A DNA stretch of 63,795 bases, the filler included, from Octopus bimaculoides (Eukaryota), in NCBI RefSeq assembly GCF_001194135.2. It is 4 parts of 3 records of this genome, joined end to end, with 100 filler letters (N's around TTAATTAATTAA, not from the genome) between each part and the next. Parts side by side here need not be neighbours in the genome. Positions count along the whole stretch, not along the records: positions 62,715 to 63,795 come from NC_068989.1; 3 more parts are not named here. One strand, given 5' to 3'. A program made the translations under genes and the position numbers. Positions 63,795-63,795 of this stretch are shown in pieces (the stretch's first letter is position 1; every line of letters begins with the position of its first letter). The notes below the pieces were generated by a model. The model was not told where the DNA came from. It searched no databases and saw nothing but the letters and a program-made list of their open reading frames with translations.

Positions 63795-63795
63795 A
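63565..63795. repeat. (TCCA)n(TCTA)n(TC)n microsatellite
   Basis: Visible directly. Confidence 0.95.

Overview
AT-rich, microsatellite-dense eukaryotic draft-assembly DNA with many N gaps. It is very probably an octopus or other coleoid cephalopod, inferred from the SINE families and repeat load. The ORF track is mostly noise from microsatellites and N runs; the real genes are spliced and had to be read by hand. (1) The 3' terminal exon of a divergent GH18 chitinase-like gene lies on + at 2575-2712. (2) A complete, phase-consistent 5-exon gene on - (14954 to 3258) encodes an unrecognised ~130-aa secreted protein: signal peptide, cationic amphipathic helix, beta-rich region and a GKR site, with scattered actinoporin-like motifs. 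Genes 1 and 2 converge on one perfect palindromic AATAAA-GC-TTTATT element that can act as a poly(A) signal on both strands. (3) The first two exons of a second secreted-protein gene lie on - (26525-26068), and there are weaker exon candidates at 57-60 kb. Mobile DNA includes two Penelope-like elements. One is Neptune-like with a terminal hammerhead ribozyme. The other is Hydra-clade-like, 5'-inverted in twin-priming geometry, with a >300-aa Ser/Asn insert splitting its GIY-YIG motif. There are also a Buster/Charlie-type hAT, a mariner 5' end, an R4/Dong 3' end, RTE LINE fragments, an ORF1 zinc knuckle, many tRNA-derived SINEs, several MITEs (one filled with TTAGGG-like repeats), a ~175-bp satellite and a 49-bp minisatellite. 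No rRNA, tRNA gene or CRISPR array was seen. All assignments are by eye and from recalled family motifs; no searches were run.
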